Counted from the first letter of the stretch, positions 22,192-31,239 are shown. The stretch: 61,241 nt of DNA from Verrucomicrobiota bacterium (GCA_035437945.1 DAOMZG010000003.1:1-61241), one strand, 5' to 3'. Program-made: numbers and translations. The notes: generated by a model from the sequence alone, not told the origin.

Positions 22192-22198
22192 CGCAAAC

Positions 22199-22572
22199 AT
22201 GCTCCAACTCTTCACCGACGAGCATGTGTCACCCGCCATCGCGGCGGCGGTCAAAAAGCGCAGACCCTCGGCTAACATCGCCAGCCTTCATGATTGGCGC
22301 GACGGCCAGTTCTTGGGCGTTCCCGATGTGCCCTCCTCCAAGGAGCCCACGCTCATCGGTTCATCCTGGAGACCTTCGACCTCCGAACGATTCCGCCGCT
22401 GCTCAAGGCCTGGGCCGAACAAGGAACCGAACATTCCGGGGTAGTGTTCATCGACCACCGCACTTTCCGTCAAAATGACATCGGCGGAATTGCTCGGGCG
22501 CTATCCGAGCTCCTCGACCAGCATTCGCATGAAGATTGGAAGAACCGATATTTCTTTCTCGGAGCGAGGTAG
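22199..22572 (+). pseudogene. DUF5615-family (PIN-like) toxin-type gene, disrupted by a 1-nt frameshift near 22320-22335
   Basis: The N-terminal part (MLQLFTDEHVSPAIAAAVKKRRPSANIASLHDWRDGQFLGVPD) is in the frame of ATG 22199. The rest (ALLQGAHAHRFILETFDLRTIPPLLKAWAEQGTEHSGVVFIDHR...FFLGAR) is in the frame of ORF 22294..22572. Joined, the two parts give a typical DUF5615 layout downstream of DUF433. Confidence 0.7.
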
Positions 22573-22766
22573 CGCCGACGCAAAAACCCAATCCGCGAAG
22601 ACACGCGGGCGCCAATATCGGCCGGCCGTTTACGCCTCAAGGTATTGCTCGGCGGCTTGGCGCCGCGGCGTTGCCGCCCTAAAGGGCCTGCGCTCCACCT
22701 TGACCCGTAAACGGCCTGGCCCGACCGAGCGCGCTTAAGGATCTTCGCGGGGATCTCGATTTCCCG

Positions 22767-23342
22767 TCATTCATAGAAATAGCCCAACTCTTTTAACGAT
22801 ATATGCTGGGGCGATCCGACGATGACGTGGTCTAGTACTTCGATCTGTAGAAGCCGGCCGGCGAGAATTAGTTGACGCGTAACGCGAAGATCCGCCGGCG
22901 AAGGAGAAGGATCGCCGGAAGGGTGATTGTGCATCAGGATGATTTTCGCCGAGGCGGCCACGATCGCGGTCCGAAAGACCTCGCGACTATGGGCGACGAC
23001 GCTATCGAGGGTACCGGTCGCGACGACGTGGTGGCCGCGCACTTTCCCCCGAACGTTCAGATGAAGAACCACGAGGGTTTCGATCTCGGGATTAAAAGTA
23101 GGCGCCGTCGCCACATGGAGCCGCCAGTAATCGACCGCCTTCTGGGGGGTGTCGCATTCGAGGAGACGTTTGGGCAGCGGGCAGTCGCGCAAGGCGACCT
23201 CCTTGAATTCGGCCGGTTCTTGCCGCTTCCGCGTCCCGCGCGGCGGGCTGGGCTTGAGTTCGGGAAATTCCAATTGCCGAAACAGCTCGGTCCTTAGCTT
23301 TCCGTGCGGATCGCCTTGTGGGTCACCACGTGGGCCGTTCAA
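22767..23342 (-). CDS. radC: RadC-like JAB/MPN domain protein
   Basis: JAMM motif MHNHPSGDPSPSPAD followed by EVLDHVIVG. The start (TTG 23342) is uncertain. Confidence 0.85.
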   Translation of the reverse strand: MNGPRGDPQGDPHGKLRTELFRQLEFPELKPSPPRGTRKRQEPAEFKEVALRDCPLPKRLLECDTPQKAVDYWRLHVATAPTFNPEIETLVVLHLNVRGKVRGHHVVATGTLDSVVAHSREVFRTAIVAASAKIILMHNHPSGDPSPSPADLRVTRQLILAGRLLQIEVLDHVIVGSPQHISLKELGYFYE

Positions 23343-23409
23343 GTCCTAACTCCATTCGCAGCCACATTTGTCGTCGCCCTGGTGTTCCGGATGTGCGCAC
23401 AACTTCCAG

Positions 23410-23742
23410 TCACGCTCCTGTCGGCGTTGGAAAGCGCGCTCCAGAAAACGACGCCTGCCGTCGTCCGGCAGAATCTGCCGCTTCTTCGGGGCGCTCGCGC
23501 GGTTGGCTGACGACCCACGTGTGCGCCAAATCGGCTGCCTTCGCCAGAACCAGGAGATCGTCGCGGCCAAAGGAATGGGTCGATTTCCAGTTTTCGCCGT
23601 CGCGGTAGGAACGTTCGAAGGTGACGTTGTAGCGCGTTCCGCTTTCCGTATCGTTGGCCCAGATTGCCGCCCGGATCATGCCGAGTCGGATTTCGTGAGC
23701 CGGTGGGGTTCGCGCGGGCTGTGGTGTGGGTTGGGTTGGCAT
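23410..23742 (-). CDS. small conserved hypothetical protein of mobile elements
   Basis: I trimmed the start to ATG 23742, which is preceded by GAGGAA. The core (HEIRLGMIRAAIWANDTESGTRYNVTFERSYRDGENWKSTHSFGRDDLLVLAKAADLAHTWV) resembles small proteins I recall from ICE/plasmid regions. Function is unknown. Confidence 0.55.
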   Translation of the reverse strand: MPTQPTPQPARTPPAHEIRLGMIRAAIWANDTESGTRYNVTFERSYRDGENWKSTHSFGRDDLLVLAKAADLAHTWVVSQPRERPEEAADSAGRRQASFSGARFPTPTGA

Positions 23743-24027
23743 AAAAGATTCCTCGAAGGTGTGGTTGTCAGATGGGCACTCCGAATGAGTGACGCTTCTT
23801 TCATGCTCGCATACCACAGCCCAAGGCTATTCCGTCAATAGGCACGCCTCATTTCGCGCGGATTTCGCCCGATTCTCCAAACTGTGTCTCGTTTACGCTG
23901 CCAACCCGCACAGGCAGCGGGCGCGAACGGCCTTGGGATCAAACCGTGTCCACAATTTGGTGCATCAGGTGTGCTTGCGTTTCCTCAATTCCGGAAGGAG
24001 CTACGCGACTGACCAAACCAACACTGT

Positions 24028-24089
24028 GTTAATAGTTTTCCACAGGGGGAGCTGACGAAGTGAGGCTCCCCCTGTGGAAAACTATTAAC
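24028..24089. terminator. 25-bp perfect-stem hairpin (12-nt loop); candidate bidirectional terminator or palindromic element
   Basis: GTTAATAGTTTTCCACAGGGGGAGC (24028-24052) is the exact reverse complement of 24065-24089. It lies 165 nt downstream of the stop of gene 24254..24817. T-rich runs follow on both strands. Confidence 0.45.
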
Positions 24090-24253
24090 TCCGCTCTTTT
24101 CCGCGTTTGCACTGCCCGAACCCTGTTTTGCGACTCGGTTCCGCCAGAGTCGTTGCGAACGCCATAGGGATGAATGTGCGGGAGAAAAAGAGAGCGGAGC
24201 CGGCGAGGCGCAAAGGCCCACCGACTCCGTGTGAGGTCGTTTCCGAGTTGAGA

Positions 24254-24817
24254 TTACCAGAGCGATACGAGCACAGCCACCTCGCTGCCGAGGTGAACTT
24301 CGGCTACGGTCAAGGATGGCGAATCGAGAAACCGGTCTGTGTCAAAGATGAGACCGTCGCACGGTGTAGATTCCCAAATCCGGTACAACTCTGGATAGTA
24401 CAGCTCAAACAGTTCGAACGCGGCTTCGCGGCGCACATCGGTAAAGTTCGTCCCGAAGAAACAGCAGGGCGCCTGATCCCTGATTTGATCGGCGGTGAGC
24501 TTCCCAAGGCTCCCGCCGTGGATGGCGACGGCAAAGTACACCGAGAGGTAGTTTTCTTGTGTGTCGCCGCCCAAGTCATCGAGCAACGACGCGAGAGCGA
24601 GCAGCTCGGACGCGGTCACGCAATTCTGTCCCTCAAAGACTACCGAAAGCTCCGGTTTGTTCCCCGCGGGCCAAAATTCCGCCTCGCCGTCACGATCGTG
24701 GTTCCAAGCAACGATATCCTGCGCGGTAAGCGCGCGTTCGATCGCGGACTCGGTTCGAAAGTTGAAACCTTCGAAGTGTCCTAAGTCGTAATTAATGGTT
24801 TGGTTGTTCTGATTCAT
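24254..24817 (-). CDS. hypothetical protein
   Basis: I trimmed the start to ATG 24817 (MNQNNQTINYDLGHFEG), which is preceded by AAGGAG. Composition is protein-like, but I recognise no motif. Confidence 0.6.
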   Translation of the reverse strand: MNQNNQTINYDLGHFEGFNFRTESAIERALTAQDIVAWNHDRDGEAEFWPAGNKPELSVVFEGQNCVTASELLALASLLDDLGGDTQENYLSVYFAVAIHGGSLGKLTADQIRDQAPCCFFGTNFTDVRREAAFELFELYYPELYRIWESTPCDGLIFDTDRFLDSPSLTVAEVHLGSEVAVLVSLW

Positions 24818-24978
24818 GGTTTTCTCCTTGGTTGTTCTCCTCCCCAAAAAACATTCCCCGGGGAGGAGGGGTGTTTTCGCTCACTCCTGAAACACCCCGC
24901 ATCACCGGGGAATGGTCCGATCAGTCAGCCCGGTACGGGCTGTCCGCTTAAAATGATTTGGGCGGAGACGACACGGCC

Positions 24979-25054
24979 GAACCGGACCAGTCCTCCACGA
25001 GCAGGAACGTGACAGGCTTTGCTGGCGCGGGCGTGCGGAGGACTGGTCCGGTTC
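24979..25054. repeat. 18-bp perfect inverted repeat with a 40-nt spacer in a divergent intergenic region
   Basis: GAACCGGACCAGTCCTCC (24979-24996) is the exact reverse complement of 25037-25054. It lies between the gene start at 24817(-) and the TerB gene start at 25251(+). Confidence 0.5.
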
Positions 25055-25250
25055 AGTGGCGCGGAGCCCAGTCATGGAGCAGCGGCCCAACGGGACGTTT
25101 CCTTATCGCCCGAGGGGTGATGGGCGGTCCGAGGGCATTGCGCTCTCCAGTTGCTGAACGGACTGTGTTTTTGTTCAATCCGAAGAGTTGTTAGCAGATC
25201 CAAGCTTCCTAAACCATGGCAGATCTTAACTCCAACGAAGGGCACTGGGC

Positions 25251-27494
25251 ATGAGTTGGAACCAGACGCTTCGCTCCATCGAAGCTGCGGCCCGACGCCA
25301 CGAACGCGAATCACGGGCCAGGTACCGTCAGATCCAAAGCCAATCAAAGGAATCGGCGAGGCTATCGGCGCAAGAGCGGGCGCGGGTCGAATTCAGCGCA
25401 TTCATGAGCCAGATCGAGGTACTGACCTCGATCCACAAGGAATGTGGGCCGTTTGGGGATTGGGAAGCGCTTTCAGCGACCCCTCCACCACTGGCGCCGA
25501 TCCAGGAGCATCGCCGTGCCGGGGACGTGATCTCACGTCGCGACGGATACTCACCGGGCTTCCTCGACAAACTCCTCGGCAAAGCCTCTAAGCAGATGGA
25601 GGCCTTCGCGTTGGAATTGTTGGTCGCCACGCGGGCAGACGAGCAGGAGTTTACCGAGAAATGTGCGGCATACGAAAGTGCGCTTTCGAATTGGCGCGAT
25701 CAAACGCAGCTTGCACAAGAAGTTCTGTCGGGGAGTTCCGAAGCCTATTCGCGAGTTCTCGCAGAGCTCGCACCGTTCTCGGAGATGTCGGATCTGGGTT
25801 CTTTGCTGACCTTTCAAGTTCGAGGCGCGTCGGTGATTGAGGTTTCCGTCAGCGTCAATGCGGATCGAGTGATTCCCCATGAGATGAAATCCCTAACGGC
25901 GACGGGAAGGTTGTCATCCAAGGCGATGCCGAAGGCGCGCTTCAACGAAATTTACGCGGACTACGTCGCTGGATGCCTGCTCAGGGTGGCCCGGGAGGCG
26001 TTTGCACTTCTACCTCTGGATGTCGTTCTCGCGACCGCTTGGGCGGATGTCTTCGATTCCCGGACGGGACACACGGAGAATCACGCGATCCTCTCCGCAG
26101 CGATCACTCGCTCGACGGTCAAACGGCTCAACTTCGAGCGGCTCGATCCGTCGGATGCCATCGAGAATTTCCTTCACCGAGGTGATTTTATCGCTTCTCG
26201 AAAGTCCGGGGCCTTCGCTCCCATTGTCCCACTGACCATCGCAGACCTCAGTCCGGATAGCCAACCGACCCGTCCGGGCACACACGTGTTTCCAACCGTT
26301 GGAGACTACGTTTCCGCCGGCAATTCGAATCCGTTTTCCGAGAGATGGGCGGAGGCACTGAAGAAAAATCAGATCGAGTTCGGATTTCTCTGTCTGACGG
26401 CGAACCAAGTTGCCGGTGCGTTGAACCGGGATAACAAAGATACCTTCACGGTTTCCGAAAGCCGGGAGATTGCATCTGCCGTCCAGGAGTTCGGCTACTG
26501 CCTTGAGCCGGATCCGCGATTCGGAGCCGGGAACTACTGGGGCAGCCAGGAGCTTGGAATCTTCCCGCCGGTTGGCGGGCCGGTCGAAAAACCATCCGCA
26601 CACTTTCTCGGCGCATCGGCACTGCTCCAACTCTGTCTTCTGGTTGCCGCGGCCGATGGAACGGTTGAACGCAGCGAGTTGGATCGGTTTCGCGTTTTCA
26701 TCGAAGCACAGCATCAGTTCTCTCCTCAGGAGCACCAGCGACTGATTGTCTTGGAGACCCTGCTCGCGCGAAACCCGGCGGCGGCAAAAGTGACCCTGGG
26801 GCGGACCGCGAAGCGCGTGCCGAAAGAGAAGCACCACGTCATCGCCCAATTCCTGGTCGAAGTTGCCGCCGCCGACTCGGTGATTTCTCCGAAAGAGCAC
26901 AAGGCGCTGGGGCGCATTTTCGCCGCTCTGGACCTGCCGCAAGAAATCCTCGATACGCTGATCCGGGGCCTCGCTACCCCTGGCGGCGAGGTCGTCATCC
27001 AGGAGCCGTCGGCTGACTCGTCCGGGGAGAAGATTCCGCTTCGAAAGGCTGCGGGACGTGATCCGAATGCCCTGGTGCTCGACATGTCCCGAATTGCGGC
27101 GATCTCGGCAGAAACCAACGAGGTGATTGGACTCTTGGCGAGGGCAATGGAGGAGCCCGAGGACAACTCGACGGTCGCCAGCACCCCAACCCAGATAGTG
27201 ACGCCGTCTCTGGCACCGATGCCAACGAACCAGACTCCGGGTCCATCGCAATCTCCGGCTTCATTCCCTCATCTGGAAGCGCGGTTTCATCCCGCCATTC
27301 GCGAGCTGCTACAGGCCGAGCAGTGGACTCGCGCCGCATTCGATGACGTTGCTCGCCGGCACCAGCTGATGCCCTTTGGCCTGATGGAGGCTTTGAACGA
27401 GTGGTCGAACGAGTATTTGGGCGATCAACTCTTGGAAGGCGAGGATATCATCATCGTGCATCGCCAACTCCTATCGAACCAAAGCCATGTCTGA
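25251..27494 (+). CDS. TerB-N / TerB / TerB-C domain protein with a ~330-aa uncharacterised N-terminal extension
   Basis: TerB-like core: ALLQLCLLVAAADGTVERSELDRFRVFIE...FLVEVAAADSVISPKEHKALGRIF. TerB-C-like tail: LDMSRIAAISAETNEVIGLL...WTRAAFDDVARRHQLMPFGLMEALNEWSNEYLGDQLLEGED. Confidence 0.8.
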   Translation: MSWNQTLRSIEAAARRHERESRARYRQIQSQSKESARLSAQERARVEFSAFMSQIEVLTSIHKECGPFGDWEALSATPPPLAPIQEHRRAGDVISRRDGYSPGFLDKLLGKASKQMEAFALELLVATRADEQEFTEKCAAYESALSNWRDQTQLAQEVLSGSSEAYSRVLAELAPFSEMSDLGSLLTFQVRGASVIEVSVSVNADRVIPHEMKSLTATGRLSSKAMPKARFNEIYADYVAGCLLRVAREAFALLPLDVVLATAWADVFDSRTGHTENHAILSAAITRSTVKRLNFERLDPSDAIENFLHRGDFIASRKSGAFAPIVPLTIADLSPDSQPTRPGTHVFPTVGDYVSAGNSNPFSERWAEALKKNQIEFGFLCLTANQVAGALNRDNKDTFTVSESREIASAVQEFGYCLEPDPRFGAGNYWGSQELGIFPPVGGPVEKPSAHFLGASALLQLCLLVAAADGTVERSELDRFRVFIEAQHQFSPQEHQRLIVLETLLARNPAAAKVTLGRTAKRVPKEKHHVIAQFLVEVAAADSVISPKEHKALGRIFAALDLPQEILDTLIRGLATPGGEVVIQEPSADSSGEKIPLRKAAGRDPNALVLDMSRIAAISAETNEVIGLLARAMEEPEDNSTVASTPTQIVTPSLAPMPTNQTPGPSQSPASFPHLEARFHPAIRELLQAEQWTRAAFDDVARRHQLMPFGLMEALNEWSNEYLGDQLLEGEDIIIVHRQLLSNQSHV

Positions 27495-28823
27495 ACCAAT
27501 CAAGCGCCGCGAGCGCGACGCCATTCTCCAATCGTTGCAAGCCGGCCTTGTGCCGAAACTTGGCCTCCATCTAATCCAAGTGGGCCGTAAGCCTGAAGTG
27601 TCCGCAGTCCTCGCGGACTTGGAACGGATCACTCAGGCGGGATCCTCTTTCCGGGTGGTGATTGGCCGGTTCGGGAGTGGAAAGAGCTTCTTTCTGAACC
27701 TGGTGCGGACGTTGGCGCTCCAGAAACGCCTGGTTGTTGTCCAGGCGGACTTCACCATGGAGCGACGGATTCAGGCGACCCAAGGAGAGGGGCGGGCGCT
27801 CTGGTCCGAGCTGATGAGGAATCTTGCCACCAAGGGAAAGCCGGAAGGGGGAGCGGTCCGAAATTTGGTCGAGGGCTGAATTTCTGGGCTACATCACCAG
27901 GTGACCCAGGCCGGGGGATCGACTGAGGACGTAAAAAAGCGAATCGCCCTCGATCTGAGAGAACTCCAAGAACATGTGGGTGGGTTCGAGTTTGCTGAAG
28001 TTCTCGGGATCTACTACGAGGCGCATCTCGCCGGAAACGACGGTCTTCGGGCGGCGGCACTTCGTTGGCTACGAGGTGAGTTTTCAACAAAGACTGAAGC
28101 GCGCGAGTTGTTGGGGGTGCGGCGGATCATTGATGACGACAACCTGTACGACAGCTTGAAGCTGCTGGCGGCTTTTTGTCAGAAAGCTGGGTACTCGGGT
28201 CTGCTCGTCGGACTCGACGAGTTGGTGGTCTTGTCACATCGCCTGCCGAGCGCCCGAGCGCGACAGGCAAACTACGAAGCCATCTTGACGATCCTCAACG
28301 ACTGCCTTCAGGGAAGCGTGTCGGGTTTGGGCTTCCTTCTGGCGGGCACCGACGAATGCCTGGAGGACAAACGGTGCGGCCTGTTCAGTTACGAGGCGCT
28401 TCGGACCCGCCTGGCGGAGAATCGGTTGCAGGGAACGGAATTGTAGATTTCTCCGGGCCGGTGATTCGCCTCACCAGTTTATCCGCCGAGGATCTCTTCG
28501 TTCTGCTTCGCAACATCCGACACGTTCACGCCCAGGGAGACCCTCAGAAGTACGTCGTGCCTGACGACGCGCTAGTTGCGGTGCTTCAGAAGGCGAACGA
28601 AACCCTCGGCGCAGAGTTTTTTAAGACGCCCCGGGACATCGTTCGTTCATTTGTCGGCCTTCTCAACGTGTTGGAGCAGAATCCCGGGGTGCAGTGGCGC
28701 GACTGCTTTTCGGGCGATTTTCTGAAGAAGCCGGAGGCCGCCCAGACGGTTGAGGAAGAAGTGTCCCGAGGAATCGTCGCTCCCGATTCATCCGATGATG
28801 ACCTCGTGAGCTTCAAGTTGTGA
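27487..28823 (+). pseudogene. BrxD-like (DUF2791) P-loop ATPase, inactivated by an in-frame TGA (27877-27879) and a -1 frameshift (~28425-28432)
   Basis: Three collinear pieces make up the gene. Piece 1 is 27487-27876 (RRERDAILQSLQAGLVPKLGLHLIQVGR...GRFGSGKSFFL). Piece 2 is in the same frame after the TGA (27880-28443). Piece 3 is in another frame and runs to 28823 (NGIVDFSGPVIRLTSLSAEDLFVLLRNI...). The TGA sits where Trp (TGG) would fit (LVEG*ISGL). Confidence 0.75.
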
Positions 28824-31138
28824 TGAGTGACGACGCCTTCTCGTTGCTGGCGCCCGAGGTGCAAAGGGCGGTCTGGGAGATGGGCTGGAAGGAACTTCGA
28901 ACCATTCAGGCCGAGGCGATTCGCGCCATCGTCCAAGGCGAAGGACATCTGCTGATTTCTGCCGGCACTGCGAGCGGAAAAACGGAAGCGGCGTTTCTTC
29001 CGATCCTTTCCCGGATTCTTCGCAACGCCCATGGGTCGGTCCGGGTGATCTATGTCGGGCCGCTTAAGGCGTTGATCAACGATCAGTTTGAGCGCCTCGA
29101 CCGCCTTTGCGAGAAACTGGATATACCTGTCCACCGTTGGCATGGCGATGTCTCCGCCACCCATAAGCAGGAACTTCGTAGGAGCCCCGGAGGAGTGGTG
29201 CTCATCACGCCAGAATCGCTGGAATCAAACTTCATTAACTACGGCAGACAGATTCCACGCCTTTACCGTGAGTTGTCGTATGTGGTGATCGATGAGCTTC
29301 ACTCGTTCTTGGGGAATGTTCGGGGGATCCACCTGGCGAGTCTCCTTTCAAGGCTTCGACATGCCACCGGATTGTCGCCGCGAATGATTGGACTCTCCGC
29401 CACGTTGTCTGATCCCAGCGTGGCCAGTGACTTTCTCACCGCAGGCCACGTCTCGCCTGTCGTTCACCTTACCGATCTCGCCAAGGGACGGGAGATTCGA
29501 TTCGCACTGAAAGCGGTGCTTCGAAGCCCCGAGCCGGATGAACGCGCACGGGGCGCCGTGCGCAGGACGCCTGAAGGGGCCTTGAGCTTCGTCAGGGGAC
29601 GCTCCCAAGAGGAGCTACGCGCGGCAGCAGGCCAGAAGATTCTCGGAACGACTCCCGGCCTGAAAGCGGAGGAAATCCCGGAGTCCGATGACCTTCAGGA
29701 CATTGCGGTCGAACTCACCGAGCAGTTCAGTCGGTCGTCGAATCTTGTCTTCGTGAATTCCCGGAAGACGGCGGAGGAGCTGGCCGTCAGAGTGCATGAC
29801 GTTGTCGCCAAGGCCGGTTGGCCTCATGACCCGTTCATGGTTCACCACGGGTCGGTGAGCAAGGAGCTTCGTGGTGAAGCAGAAGCGGCCCTTAAAAGCG
29901 GCGTACCGACGACCGCCATCTGCTCCAGCACGCTGGAAATGGGGATCGACATCGGATCAGTTCGCGCCGTCGGTCAGATTGATCCTCCTTGGAGCGTCTC
30001 ATCCTTGGTTCAACGACTTGGCCGGTCGGGAAGGCGCGAGGGCGAGCCTTCGATCATGCGGCTGTATGTGCGAGACGCTTCACCCAATCCGATCAGTCGC
30101 CTGACCGACCTCCTTTTCCCGGAGCTGCTTCGCGGGATCGCGCTGACTGAGTTGATGCTCAGGAAGTGGCTGGAACCACCTGCAACAGGCCAGCGCCACC
30201 TGAGCACCTTGGCTCACCAGATCGTCAGTTGCTTGAAGCAAACAGGAGGTCTCTCTGCCGCTGAGCTTTACTCGCTGTTGGTTGAAGGCGGTCCGTTTCA
30301 CTGGGTCAGCATCGCTGAGTTCTCAATTTTGCTCCGGGGTTTGGCCTCGCACAGCCTGGTGGAGCAGATCTCCACGGGTGAGATCATCCTCGGGTTGGCT
30401 GGCGAACGGATCGCCTCGGCCTTCGATTTCTACGCGGCATTTCGCGGAAGCGAGGAGTTCGCGGTGCGGTGCGATGACACGGAGATTGGCGCCCTCCCCA
30501 GAGATTCGGTGCCTCCGGTTGGGCAGGTTTTGTTGTTGGGGGGACGGCGGTGGCAGGTGACTGAAATCGACAGCGGGCGCGCGGTCGCCTGGGTCGTGCC
30601 CGCGAAGGCGGGAGATGCGCCACGCTTTCTCGGTCAGGGAGGCGATCTCGACCCAAGGGTGGGGCGCGAGATGCGAGTGGTGCTCATAGGAAGCGACGAG
30701 CCGAGGTATCTGGATGCTTCGGCCAAGGCTGTGCTCGCGGCCGCTCGTCACACTGCCAAGGCCGTTGGTCTGACAGAGTCGAACAATGTCAGGACACCTG
30801 GAGGTCGCCGCTGGTTTCCCTGGGTCGGTACACGGTGCCTCCGAACACTGGCACTTCTCGCCGAACACAGGGGAGTGCCCTGCGAGACGGACCGAATCTC
30901 ACTTTGGATGCCTGCTGAGAATGACGGCGAGTTCGTCGAACACTGGAAGTCGATCAGGGGCGATATGCCTTCGCCGGAGGCGATTGGAGCCTTGGTGACA
31001 CCACTGGCCATTGGCAAGTTTGACGAGTTCATTCCTGCAGAACTTTTGAGCCGGGCAGCCGGGGGCGAACGGTTGTCAATTCCGGAGGCTGAGGACGCGA
31101 TCGGTGGGTTACTCAACAATTCCGGCCAGAAACCGTAG
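28820..31138 (+). CDS. Lhr-like DEAD/DEAH-box (superfamily 2) helicase, BrxHI-like
   Basis: Motif I AGTASGKT, motif II VVIDELH, motif III-like LSATL and motif VI-like QRLGRSGRR. Its start overlaps the stop of the upstream (pseudo)gene. Confidence 0.85.
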   Translation: MMSDDAFSLLAPEVQRAVWEMGWKELRTIQAEAIRAIVQGEGHLLISAGTASGKTEAAFLPILSRILRNAHGSVRVIYVGPLKALINDQFERLDRLCEKLDIPVHRWHGDVSATHKQELRRSPGGVVLITPESLESNFINYGRQIPRLYRELSYVVIDELHSFLGNVRGIHLASLLSRLRHATGLSPRMIGLSATLSDPSVASDFLTAGHVSPVVHLTDLAKGREIRFALKAVLRSPEPDERARGAVRRTPEGALSFVRGRSQEELRAAAGQKILGTTPGLKAEEIPESDDLQDIAVELTEQFSRSSNLVFVNSRKTAEELAVRVHDVVAKAGWPHDPFMVHHGSVSKELRGEAEAALKSGVPTTAICSSTLEMGIDIGSVRAVGQIDPPWSVSSLVQRLGRSGRREGEPSIMRLYVRDASPNPISRLTDLLFPELLRGIALTELMLRKWLEPPATGQRHLSTLAHQIVSCLKQTGGLSAAELYSLLVEGGPFHWVSIAEFSILLRGLASHSLVEQISTGEIILGLAGERIASAFDFYAAFRGSEEFAVRCDDTEIGALPRDSVPPVGQVLLLGGRRWQVTEIDSGRAVAWVVPAKAGDAPRFLGQGGDLDPRVGREMRVVLIGSDEPRYLDASAKAVLAAARHTAKAVGLTESNNVRTPGGRRWFPWVGTRCLRTLALLAEHRGVPCETDRISLWMPAENDGEFVEHWKSIRGDMPSPEAIGALVTPLAIGKFDEFIPAELLSRAAGGERLSIPEAEDAIGGLLNNSGQKP

Positions 31139-31209
31139 CGGAGGATGGTTTGCCGAGCGTTTCAGAGGTATATTCGCTGGAATGCGGATTCGGTTCGCAT
31201 TCCCGATCC

Positions 31210-31239
31210 TTGCCACAAGGATGCACATTGTGGTAAGAT
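31210..31239 (+). promoter_or_regulatory. sigma70-like promoter (TTGCCA-N18-TAAGAT) with an embedded CCACAA/TTGTGG inverted repeat, 6 nt upstream of the vapB ATG
   Basis: The hexamers were read directly from the sequence. The -10 element ends 6 nt before ATG 31246, which implies a leaderless or near-leaderless mRNA. Confidence 0.35.

Noticed and set aside
26010-27251. 413-aa minus-strand ORF
   Set aside because: It is antisense to the TerB-N/TerB-C gene, R-rich and low-complexity.
27877-27879. In-frame TGA as recoding (selenocysteine or a TGA=Trp genetic code)
   Set aside because: TGA is used as an ordinary stop by many neighbouring genes (for example 1813, 6662, 9378, 13093, 22189 and 28821). 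I saw no SECIS-like context. The same gene also has a frameshift, so pseudogenisation is the simpler reading.
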